Source of the DNA: Saccostrea echinata
Taxonomy: Eukaryota
NCBI RefSeq assembly: GCF_033153115.1
Contig: NW_026889786.1
Coordinates: 3,658,001 to 3,722,000, forward strand
Direction of reading: 5' to 3'
Length of the DNA: 64,000 nt
In this document: piece after piece, positions 53,287-64,000 of the stretch
Position numbering within the stretch: position 1 is the stretch's first letter
Layout: every line of letters starts with the position of its first letter
Position numbers and translations under genes: made by a program
The notes under the pieces: model-generated
Database searches by the model: none
Seen by the model: only the letters and a program-made list of their open reading frames with translations
What the model was told of the DNA's origin: nothing

Positions 53287-54198
53287 TAGGGATTTCAAAT
53301 CAGTCAATTTTTGATAATCAGTTACTCGGACGTATTTCCGATCAATTACCCGGGTACTCGGTGAAAATGCAAATTCAAGTGTGTTAATTTTCTTGAGCCC
53401 CATTAAGCTCTGTTAAAAAGCTGGGTTTTTTTAATCACGTTTTATGAATGTATATAAACATGGGGTCCAACGGAAATGATTTTTTGGTACTAAATTTATT
53501 TATCAAATAAACACAAAAGACACAATTAATACATCAAGAATTACAAATGGTTTACAGTTCTTCTTTAGGATCTATTTCATCAACGCAAAAGGAGGACAAT
53601 CTGTTACACAGCTTTGTGATGATCAGACTAGCGAAAGAGAAGGAAAGGAACGTTGTGGGATCACTAGTCTAATATTTTTTCATTTGTTGGTTGTTTCCCT
53701 AGTATACACTAAACTTACTATGGAAACTGACTTTAAACATTTTTTTGAATCTTTACTTATTTTGAAGTGGGAAGCGACATTTCTACGCATGTCCAATTTC
53801 TCTGCAGTATATTAACTAAACAATTTATAAATGATTTGAAGATAATAGACATATTATAGGATGTTCACCGAAAAACAATCATTGAAGTCATAAAAAAATT
53901 AAGGACTACATGTACAATAGGTGAGAACAGCTGTGTACCAGGTGATTGGTCACTAATTACTGTACTAACAGTATATACACAGCCATGGGCGATAACGGGG
54001 TGTTTTACAGGGTGTAGATGACTACACACTGATTACCCGTGTGCATACTTGTATTATTTTTTGAGAAGTTTTTGATAAAAATATGTACTTTGAAATAAGG
54101 AAAAATACACATCCGAATAACCAAGCACCATTTTTAGTATTCGATACTCGGATGTTCGATCGAGTACCCGGTTAACAGGGTACTCGTTGACATCCCTA
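53287..54198. mobile_element. hAT-like MITE, sister of 39690-40641
   Basis: TAGGGATTTCAA / TTGACATCCCTA termini; colinear similarity with the other copy. Confidence 0.8.
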
Positions 54199-54589
54199 GT
54201 TGTAACACATATATATAATCTGTAGTGTATCCCATGTTGAATTTCCCAATACTGATATTTTGGATGAAATTTTTAAAACTCCTCTTCTCTACAGTGCTAA
54301 TGCAGACAGCCAAAGGCCTTTACTCTTACAACTCACATAAGTGAAATCATAAAACTAAAATCAATCAATCAAATTGATATATTAACCATGCTTTCTGTTG
54401 AATGCAAATCATACAGGGAACCAAGAAATGGTTTAAAGGACATACAAGAAGACAGGCCATTTGGAAAGTACAAGTCAAGAGCCAGCACACACTGCAACAT
54501 ACATATTCATAAGGAACTAATGTCATTTGGATATTAAAGTGTTAATATACTTTGCCATCTGAATTCATTGTTATTGTACTAGCCTCAAA

Positions 54590-55200
54590 GTTTAACTAGT
54601 GTTAACTAGATAAAGTATTATTGCACTGATATCATCTAGTGCATACAGTATAACAGCACTTATGTTAACTAGATAAAGTATTACTGCACCGATATCATCT
54701 AATACATACAGTGTGTCTGCACTAATATTAACTAGATAAAGTATTACTGCACCGATATCATCTAATACATACAGTGTGTCTGCACTAATATTAACTAGAT
54801 AAAGTATTATTGCACTGATATCATCTAAATACAGTGTATCTGCACTGATGTTAACTAGACAAAGTATCATTGCACTGAAATCATCTAGTACATACAGTAT
54901 AACAGCACTGATTTTAATAGATAAAGTATTATTGCACTTAAAGTCCATCTGCACTGAAGTTTACTAGATATCTGATGTCATTAAAATACAGTGTATTTGA
55001 TCTGCACTGCATGATGTCAACTATACTAACTTAAGTATAACTGAACATCCAACTGATGTCATCTGAATAAAGTAATAGCACTTAATTAGTAGCTTTATAG
55101 TGTTACTATGCTGATATCACCTGCATTAAGTATCTGTATCTAAGTAAACTATCTTGATACAGTGTATCTGTGTTAGCTACACTGATGCCATCTACATGAA
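54590..55200. repeat. 63-bp (2 x ~31) higher-order minisatellite, decaying rightwards
   Basis: Unit gttaactagataaagtattattgcactgatatcatctagtgcatacagtataacagcacttat; gives the 21-aa periodic ORF. Confidence 0.85.
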
Positions 55201-56536
55201 ATATAACGAACATGCAGTGATCAATTTTCAAAAACCTACAAACAATACAAATCTCTGAACAGGGCATAAAACACGGACTCCTGGAAGATTCCAAAGTGGG
55301 ATCATGTGCTTAGGAGGAGTAAGTATCCCCTGTTGACCGTCACACCCACTGTGAGCCCTAGGTAATGATCAGTCATATGGAATATTCTGTAGTCAAATTT
55401 AGTATAAAATCAAAGACCTAACAATTGGTTTCAACTATGTCAGTCAAATATAGTTTCTGTACCATATTATCTGGTGACAGACAAGTCAGATGTTTGAGTC
55501 AATCACTGCTTTTCATTCCTATTGTAGTTTCAATTTCAGATATTCAAGCTAATCACATCTGACTTTAATAATTAGTGGTGGATCTAGAATTTTACAGGAG
55601 AGATTACAAAACAGTTTTTGTCTTGTTCCAAGAAATACCATTCATGAAACAGTCAGGATTTTTTAGGGTTCCCTGATATGTTTATGACAGAAATCTTTAA
55701 CTGCACCAGAAATGTGTCTGTGATTTTATGGTAAAAAGTTACCTGGGGTAATTGTTGAAATATGCATGTATGTCACTTCCAAAGTCACAAGAAGACATAC
55801 TTGAAAAATTGCTGCTAGTAACTTAGAGATTCAACAATTATAAATGAAAATTACAAAGGTAATGTCTGTGGCCTTGGTTCAAAGCCATGTTATGTTTTCT
55901 ATTCATAAGCAACTCCATATAAAACATGAATCTAATGATTTTGTTACCTAACCAAAAGGTCAGTTTGGAAGAGAATTTGTATCAACTTCAACTGAACTAT
56001 GACTTTGGCTCACTTCAGGCTACTCCAATAATATTTAAGCTACCTCTTTGTAAAATGCATGCATTTAGAAGTCTTGAATGTTTTTCCATTAAACTTGCAA
56101 TTATACATGAAGATAGAGGATAGAGACAAGGTAATTTCACCCCCCCCCCCCCCCCAAAGAACATATATTCATTTATGAGATACCTAATTGAAGACTGAAA
56201 TATTATACACATGCCCATATTATACAATATTTCTCATTCAGTGATGAATGTTAAATAGGACACTCATTCTCAATCTTGATCAAAGTATGTGATTGTCAAA
56301 AATGTTAGCATGTAATGTGACTGAAAAATTGCCAAAATCAATGCGTTTCACTTAATTAAAGTCCAAACACTGAATCACAACATAATGAAAATTAATCCCC
56401 AAATGTTTTTATATAAACAAAAGCTGAATATTTCACAGACGTTTATGCTCATATCTTATATGAGCAATTATATGTCATACATGTCCCTTTATATCCCAAA
56501 AGGACCAGTTTGAATCTAAACTCTACCAGTCCTCAC

Positions 56537-56635
56537 CTTTTTCTTGCAATTCCTGGTTTATATTCTGAATAACAGAAGCAAACTTTGCTTGATTATATGC
56601 CAGTAGCTCCATGCTTGGTGTCAAATTTTCATTTA
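56537..56635 (-). CDS. Candidate alternative 5' or cassette exon of dystrobrevin (…MELLAYNQAKFASVIQNINQELQEKG)
   Basis: Strong phase-1 donor AAG|gtgagg; in-frame ATG at 56612; also a possible acceptor ttttcctcag giving a symmetric 99-nt exon. Confidence 0.45.
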
Positions 56636-57808
56636 CTGAGGAAAATTTGCAGATATCCTCTTCATTTTTAGTTTTCCAATCACCGTTTTTGTGTTGACAA
56701 TATGCCACACATCATCCAATAATCCCCCAGAACATTTACCCACCACTGGAACACAGTGACAGTGAAATTACAAGAAAAGCCATCATTTAATCGACAAATG
56801 CACTGCAATTAACAGCACTCACAATGATCAATGGGAAAAAAATGTTCACGCCAATAGTTTATCTTAGAGTTATCCCCCTTGCACAGGAAAAAAAAAACAC
56901 ACATGTAGTGATTCACTGAGGCAGTCTGGGAAAGCTCTTGAGAGTGTCAAGCATGTCTCAATTGTTCCAATACATCTTTATAGAGGTAAACATGTGATTA
57001 CAGGTCCGTCGATCAAGTTCCCAGAGAGGGAGGTACTTGCGTATTGATCTGGGGGTGCTGTTGAGAATGGCCTACCCACAGGTATGTAAACTAACTGTAC
57101 TGAAGAGTGCATTGCACATAATTTATTCAAGAATTAACACTGTTCTACATGGGGAAGTTAATTATTGAGTACCTTAAATGGGTTAAATTTCAGTGTTTTA
57201 TGAGAATGGCATGCACAGATGACTGATTATGTATTGATTATCAAAAACAGGAGAAAGTCAGTGGAGAGATTCTAATGATCAATATCTAACAAATAATCCA
57301 TCATTATCTTCATCATTTTGTGCCAAACTCACATGACCGAGTTAAATTAACACGAGGGATGCTACTGTTGTTACCAAATCAAATAGTGGAATATGTAATT
57401 GATCATTTTAAAATTTATCAAAAATTAAAAAATAAATAAATAAATACATGAAGCCCATGGAAAATTCAAATAACAAGAAGATTGTCGAGATACGTACATC
57501 CTATGGTATATGTATACTGTTTAATTCTGGATACTTTTTAACTTCCTGTGTACACATATTAATCCTATAATGGTGCCATCTTAGCTATAGGGAGGCATGA
57601 TTAGAACACTGAGAAAACTTGCTGATCAATTTCAAAAAATTTGGATAATTTGTTTATGCCTGGAAGATTATATTAAGATTTTTTTTTTACCTATACAGTA
57701 AAGTACATGTATACTAGGTAAAAATTTTATTGCCATTTGCAAATCATCACCATCCCAGTCATGGGGATAAATAATTATTTTGACAAATTTGAATCCAAAC
57801 AATATATA

Positions 57809-57982
57809 CAGTAAAACTTGCTTATAGTGGAGACTGACAGGGATGGATGATTTCACATCGTTATAAGCACAAGTCGTTATATCCATCAGGCTCACAATAT
57901 ATTTAGAAGAGACACAGGGAATGAAAACCACTTTGCTGTAAGCATTAATTATGAGCATGTTTGCTACAAATGTGTTTTACTG
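57809..57982. mobile_element. TA-flanked MITE; decayed relatives at ~36751-36930 and ~15190-15350
   Basis: CAGTAAAAC / GTTTTACTG TIR with TA flanks. Confidence 0.75.
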
Positions 57983-58663
57983 TACTACCATACTATTTTG
58001 ACAATAGGTAGATTTTTTATTTAAGTGAGGAGATTTCAAAGTTTTTTAAATATACACATTGATTTGTAAACATTTGAATCTTCATTATGGCCTTGTCTTT
58101 ACTTTAATTGCATTCAACAGACTTGCATAAGAGCACTACAAGAGAATCGATGCTTGCATGTAATTTTGTTTTACTTAAAAGCCTTTTTATCAATATCTTG
58201 AAGCGCGAAGTCCAGTTTTCTCATCCTACAGAAAGACAAATTTTTGGCTTACGTTTAATTTCAGATGAAGATGAAACAGTACATGTACTGTGAAAACACT
58301 TTTTGTGCTAAATACAACACTGTAAGATTGTTCACTTAAACTTAAAATTTTCAAAAAGATTCGGTATATGTTTCCTTTATTTCTAAATTACCTTTTCATA
58401 AAAGTAGACATAGCTTTTTGATTGACTTAATTTGAATTCCTATCACCAAACCATTGAACTTACAAAGTGGTTCTGAAAAAGTTGAAAACCTTCCAAAGTT
58501 TATAGAAAAAGCAAACGCAACAAATCTCACTGTACTCATTTCAAACTCAACCTTGGCATTGAAAAAAAGAAATCATCCCAAAAGCACATCAAGCCGAACC
58601 ACCAGTAAGGAGATTTAACAAATTCATATAACCTACATCAATGACAATGTTGTAATTCAATTA

Positions 58664-58859
58664 CTGTAAACATACTCTTTTCCACAGGGTCATAATTTTG
58701 CAGAAACACAATTTCTGTTCAATCCGTGGGTAGACTGTTGTTGGATTGCCTTTGTGTGTCTAAAATGCACATTAAATACACTGTGACAAATTTCTGTGGA
58801 AAATTTGTGGCAATGTACATAGTGTAAATTTATCGCAATGGGAAAAAGTATGTCTGCAG
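58664..58859. mobile_element. TA-flanked MITE
   Basis: ctgtaaacatact / agtatgtctgcag termini. Confidence 0.6.
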
Positions 58860-59080
58860 TATGTCTTTATAAAAATCAATTCTCAGTCTGAAGGAAAAAA
58901 TGAAAACAAAAGGGCAAATAAATTTCACAGTAATCCATCCCCTATACAGACCACCAAAACAGACAAATCAATAAAGACAACTTCTTCCCACTATAATTTT
59001 TTTCCAACATGCAAACACTGTGTAAGTTCTGTATCATTTTAAAACAAGGAAAGGAGATTTTATTAAGTATTGACGTTCAC

Positions 59081-59495
59081 CTGATTGGAGACTCTCTCCC
59101 ACAGAAATCTTCTGTCTTCTCCTTTCCGGTATTTGTTCAGTATTACTGTTTTCTCTGACCTTTGCTTGTGTCCATCCTTCATTGCAGTCTCCGGCAGTTT
59201 GCTGGTCATTTTCTCCAAGAGACGTATTAGGACATGTCTCCTTCCATGTACATATCTCATGGATGGGAACATCCTCTAATGGCTGTTCCTGGCTAGCCAC
59301 ACAGCACAGGCAGCAACACTTGGGCTTCTTACGTTTGTTCTCTTTACTTAATCTCTGATACCTAGATTTCTTAACACTAGGTACAACATAATTCTGGGGC
59401 TGGGGCATGTATTTATTCGATACACTATCTTCTTTATCCTGTAATGTCTCATTTTCCTCCGATTTTAACAATTCCTCCGAGACTTCTTCATCCAT
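59081..59495 (-). CDS. Candidate first coding exon of dystrobrevin: 138-aa acidic N-terminal extension with KRKKPKCCCLCC
   Basis: Longest non-repeat ORF in the window (59034-59495); phase-1 donor CAG|gtgaac joins exon 47049 in frame (QS-G-YVHG). Confidence 0.6.
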
Positions 59496-61641
59496 TTCAC
59501 ATCACTATAACAATAGTTTGTGTATATATCCCGCAATATCATCCTTCTGACATTTAGGCATTATTTGTTTATCTATTTTTTGTCATTGCGATCCTTTTCA
59601 ATTTCTCTTCCAGGGCTTTCAACTTGCTCATCATAGCAATGCTTTACCTTGAACAATTTGTCTTAGGTATCTCGATCTTCATCTTAGATATTCAACCATT
59701 TTCACACATTTCTGTGATTGCAAGAGTTTTATTCAGCTCTTCATAACATTCAGTAGATTCCAGTACTTGATTCTTAATAGCAGTTGTGCATCAATTATTA
59801 AGAAGCCAAATAATTATCTTGCCGTTTTCTAAATGTAAATATCTTTTAATTGATTGGTAAAAGCAAGCAGCAGTGGAGAGACTTTAGTAATAATAGTTAA
59901 TCCATCTTACACATGCTCCATTGAACAGATACTTCCTCCGTTAATTCTCCTATGATCCACTGTAAACATGAGTCCAAGGACTCCGAGCTCCAGAAAAAAT
60001 GTCACTCAATTCACCACAATATCACATATGACATGACCAGGTAAGAGAAGTGAAGCTATATAGTATCAATGCTATGTATCAGACTTCCTCTCCTGCAATA
60101 TGCATTACCAAACTGATTGCTACAACTTACATAATACGCATTAGCTCGTGTGTCACCCCTGTTTTAATGGACAATGAAACCAAATATCTGTACTTTTCTG
60201 ATATATATACTTCTGCTCTGCATATTTAACCCAAACCATCTTGTTTTTATCTGATCTGGTACCTACACACCATGTTAATAGGATAAAGCTACGATCAGAT
60301 GATCAGATCTGCCCACTACACATCCCCCTTAATGAGCCTCTACACATTTCATCACAAATTGTTCATTATCCAACACTCTACAATATTACAATACTGCTTT
60401 GAAGCAAACGAACGATAATTCTCTTGAGATTCATCAAGGCATATCTTTTCTCCAGATCTAAATGTAGGCCAACATTGATGATTAACTTCACTGAGCATGT
60501 TTTCAATGTGATAACTTAATACTCTGAGCATTCCCGACATGAATATGTTTTCCCCCATAAAAATGCGCTAATTTTCTGAATTACCATGATTCCTTCCATT
60601 CATGAATAAATTAGAACAAAAAAAAAAAATTTTTTAAAGTATATATATTTTGATCACATTTTATATCCCATCCTTTTGCCATTATCATTTGCCTTCAAAT
60701 CATTTTACCTTCCCCATACTCCCACTACCCTCCCCCACTTTAAATCTCTTATCTCTCAGATCAGGCTTGATAATTTTTCATTTTCTTTTAACAGTAAGCA
60801 TGAAAGTCTATAGCATACACATAAAATAGTGACAATGTTGAGTTTGATTGGAGATGCATCAGGGTAAGATGGAACTGAATGAAATAATTCACAAACCAGT
60901 CCTTACTAAAAGTAATGCATTGCAACAGGTTGGAACCATCGCCCAATAGACTGTGTTGGGATAACTGTGGTGCTGTATTGCAGAACAAATTGATATAGTT
61001 TGGTGAAATAAGACATAACATCAGTTGTTTCATAAATGTCATTTAATTATCTGGTAGCAAATCTTTGCCAGACTTTATTAATTTGCCCTGCAAAAGAGCA
61101 GTACCGCAGTTATTGCGAAAGGGTAAATAGAGATCATAGCTCATTTAAGATAAATGATATGCTCCCAAATGAGACAAAAATTACTGTGCAAAAAAGATAC
61201 AAAAATTTGTTGATTTTTTTTAAATCTGCATAAGTATTCACTGAATGCAGTAAATTTTAGCATGCATTTTTTTAAATAACCCTACAGTTTGTGAGATTGA
61301 TCCTCAAGAAGGTTTGGATTTCCTGTGGGATGGAATTGTCATAACCAGTTGGAATAGAGAGATTCTTTCATCAAAAGTTGTTGCTTTTATGTGTTTTTAT
61401 GCAATTTTACAAAATTTTCCATTTTTTGCACATTAAATTTATATCTCATTTGGAATACTGTCTCAATCAGGCTATTTTATCTCATTTTGGGTAATTGGCC
61501 CCAACCTGTCAAATCTTTTTTGACTACTTTCGTTTTACTTAAAATGCACCACATGTTTAAAACTTCACAACAAATACACTGCATCTCGTAGAAAATAATG
61601 ACTGGATATAAATATTTCTTCAGTAACAAAAGTAAATGTAC

Positions 61642-61666
61642 CCCTGAAAAACGTAGGAGATGCCAT
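61642..61666 (-). CDS. Candidate short first coding exon of dystrobrevin (MASPTFFRG)
   Basis: AGGATGG start context, phase-1 donor G|gtacat (weak), next to the putative promoter region. Confidence 0.25.
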
Positions 61667-61689
61667 CCTCCCTTTTCAGTTTCTGTTCA

Positions 61690-62650
61690 CCATCATCCTC
61701 ACCCTAATCTCGCCCTTCGGAACACCTCAAGTGTTTTCATGTGATTTATGGCGGGAGAGACATACAACTGTTTAGACTCTTGTTAAATTTACAAATATGC
61801 TTTATTCAATTCTGATATGTTAAACACTGATATAACATGAGTGTGAGTGATAAAGTTTCAATCCTAATTTAAAGATTCTCAAACGGCGAACGCTGCATCA
61901 ACATCGGTTTCTCAGTTCCTAGTTGCATCTATTTTATTTAACATTAGCCTTTACACAAAATAAGGAAAAGATAACTTAACACGATTAAACTTATGACTAT
62001 TTACTTAACGCAACAGTTTAAGAGGTCAAAGATTAATTTTATCCGAATAAATTTGGTATGATATAACGAGAATGAACTTCCTCCTATGGTTTGTAAAGTT
62101 AAAATTGATTGGTTCATGTACTCTAGGCTTAGCTAATGAAACATTTTGTTTCACTTGCATGAGTTTATCTGTGTCAATATTTATTTCACTTCCTTGATGA
62201 AGAGGAAGAAAAAGTTATTGTGTGAATGCTTTTGTTGGAATTTTATCTGTTATCTGAACACGGCTCTTTTTGCTTTCCAATCTGTTTGAATTATGTGACT
62301 CTTTGTTGGTATGTGTAGGGTGATTTTACGACCACATTACATTCGCTGAGTTGATTACAAACGGTCTCATAATGCACGTGAAGGTGTTTGTGTAATCAGA
62401 ACAAAATCATTTAAATACGTAGTTTTTATGTAGCAATGTTAACGCAATGTTTTACTTTTCATTATTGCTAAGAAATGAAAACATGGCATTGATACATGGT
62501 AAGCATGAAGTGCCACTATTTTAAGTACATATAGAAAATTTTGGTTGTTTCAAAGAAAAAAAGAGTGTCATACCTTTCATTATTAAGACAATTAGTGTAC
62601 TAGCATGTAATATGTCAGACGGTTAAATTGTTAGGGTGAGTACAGTTTCA
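61690..62650. promoter_or_regulatory. Putative shared promoter / 5'UTR region between the divergent dystrobrevin and SYK-like genes
   Basis: Repeat-poor. ATGGCGGGA (YY1/E2F-like) at 61748; ETS-type GAGGAAG at 62076 and 62200; ETS-IRF composite GGAAGTGAAA (minus strand) at 62184-62193. Plus-strand donors near 62499 and 62636 could end UTR exons. Confidence 0.35.
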
Positions 62651-63910
62651 TATGAGTAATAATTGAGGAATTCTACACCTCCCAAATGCTGTTTTGCATA
62701 CTGCTTATGACATTACAAATTTTTAGTTATGCCGGTCCCCGCACCAGAACCACACAACTGCGCTTGAGTGGTTATTTCCCTTCCCATTGATATGCAGAAT
62801 GTACATCAACCATCATTTTCCCTCGCTTAAACAAAACATATTTGATCAAGTGATTAGGGTTAGAGACTTAGAGTATATCGTTTTAAGACTGGAACTATTT
62901 TATAAGTCCACTCTTAAATCTTCCTGACTTTAGGCTAGTTCATGAAATTTTTGCGTATAAAAGTCACTACCAAGTGCCTTTTGTGACCAAAAACTTGCAT
63001 GAATCGGCTTAATGTCAAAACATGCCAATATATTGACAAAGGAGTAAAGCATGAAACATAATTAGTGTTAGAGTATATATATTGCTCTAAGATTAGAACT
63101 GTTTTTTATGTATCCTTATTCATATTTCCTTGACTTTGGGCTAATTCCTGCAATTATTGCTTACAAAAGATACCTGTACTCATGTGAAGTGAGTTTAGTG
63201 ACCAAAAAGTTGCATGAGTCACCCTATTTCAAAACATGTTGATACAGGCCTGTAGCAACAGTTTCAAAAAGGGGGGGGGGGGGCAACTTCCCCAAAAAAT
63301 CTGACAAGCCAAAAAAACAAACAAACCTAAACTGACCAAAAGTGGAAGGGGGGGGGGGGGGGGAGATGAGCCAAAAAAAGTAAAGAGCCAATTTACTGTC
63401 CAAATCCTGGAATTTGCCAGTGCTCAACCTTACAGCATCATAAAGTGGGGGGAGGGGGGGGGGGACCAGCATCTAAAGGAAGATTTACTATAGCAAAATA
63501 CTGTACTCAGCAAAAATTAGTCTGTTTAGTGAGGATGCAAATGATAGTTTTTAATTTGGCATGGAAATTGCAATAAATTCTTGTTAGTAACTCCTGTTCA
63601 AGTAAGTTGTTGCTATGATTAAGCAACAGTGTTTCTGTGTGCAGTAAAAAAGATTGCGAGTTTTAGAATTGTTGCACGCAGTCCCATCTAAATTTCTGAA
63701 CAAGCTTTGAATTTCAACCCAAATTTCTTCTGTTCATAAATGTGGTCTTTATAGAGTTGGGGCTTACAGTGCAAGTGGTGCTAGGCGTCGCTGTCTGCCC
63801 AAGTTAATATGTACCTACTCTTACTCACTTTAAATCATAATATTCACCTATTTCAAACAAAAATTGTAGGTGTTTGACAGAATGCAAGTAGAAAATCAGA
63901 AATAATTGAC

Positions 63911-64000
63911 ATGGCAGCCAAGTTCAACAAGCCATCAGCTGCCCCTTTCTTCTATGGGAGGATTACAAGGGAGGAAGCTGAATGGTTTCTAAGGGAAAGG
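63911..64000 (+). CDS. SYK: SYK/ZAP-70 family tyrosine kinase, start of first coding exon (N-terminal SH2 domain); 3'-partial
   Basis: MAAKFNKPSAAPFFYGRITREEAEWFLRER matches the N-SH2 start of SYK (LPFFFGNITREEAEDYL) and ZAP-70 (LPFFYGSISRAEAE). GACATGG start context; acceptor tttgacag at 63880. Only 30 codons are visible. Confidence 0.75.
   Translation, partial: MAAKFNKPSAAPFFYGRITREEAEWFLRER

Noticed and set aside
54592-54954. 120-aa repetitive ORF
   Set aside because: 63-bp tandem repeat; no splice or homology support
55250-55360. Fragment resembling an abundant oyster retroelement-associated repeat
   Set aside because: Short and degenerate with no ORF; family cannot be named reliably
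63270-63465. G-runs as a regulatory G-quadruplex upstream of the SYK-like gene
   Set aside because: Homopolymer G/C runs occur throughout the window and within repeat relics; lengths are error-prone and there is no specific support

Overview
AT-rich, repeat-dense animal genomic DNA, most likely an oyster or other bivalve, judging from Cg170-like ~166-bp satellite arrays inside Helentron-type elements. Most of the window is one minus-strand, multi-exon dystrobrevin gene (DTNA/DTNB-like). I could splice 13 exons by hand with GT-AG boundaries and matching phases from 47049 down to 263, covering the EF-hand region, ZZ zinc finger, syntrophin-binding region and coiled coils; the 3' end lies left of base 1. 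Up to three candidate alternative phase-1 5' exons lie at ~56.6, ~59.3 and ~61.65 kb. The last 90 bp start a plus-strand SYK/ZAP-70-like kinase (N-terminal SH2 domain), head-to-head with dystrobrevin. The introns are packed with non-autonomous Helentrons, TA-flanked Tc1/mariner/pogo-type MITEs, hAT MITEs, hairpin elements, tRNA-like relics and minisatellites. Main hypothesis: the gene encodes lipid-anchored dystrobrevin isoforms. One would use an unannotated 63-nt intron and terminal mini-exon ending in a CaaX box (…[14 protein letters not shown], followed by AATAAA); another would use a 5' exon with a polybasic/Cys-cluster motif (KRKKPKCCCLCC). Other oddities are ~23 tandem sense-strand GTAAGT donor consensus sites in one intron, a tandemly amplified real splice donor, and a template-switch hairpin in a satellite array. 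All splice isoforms are predictions from sequence only.
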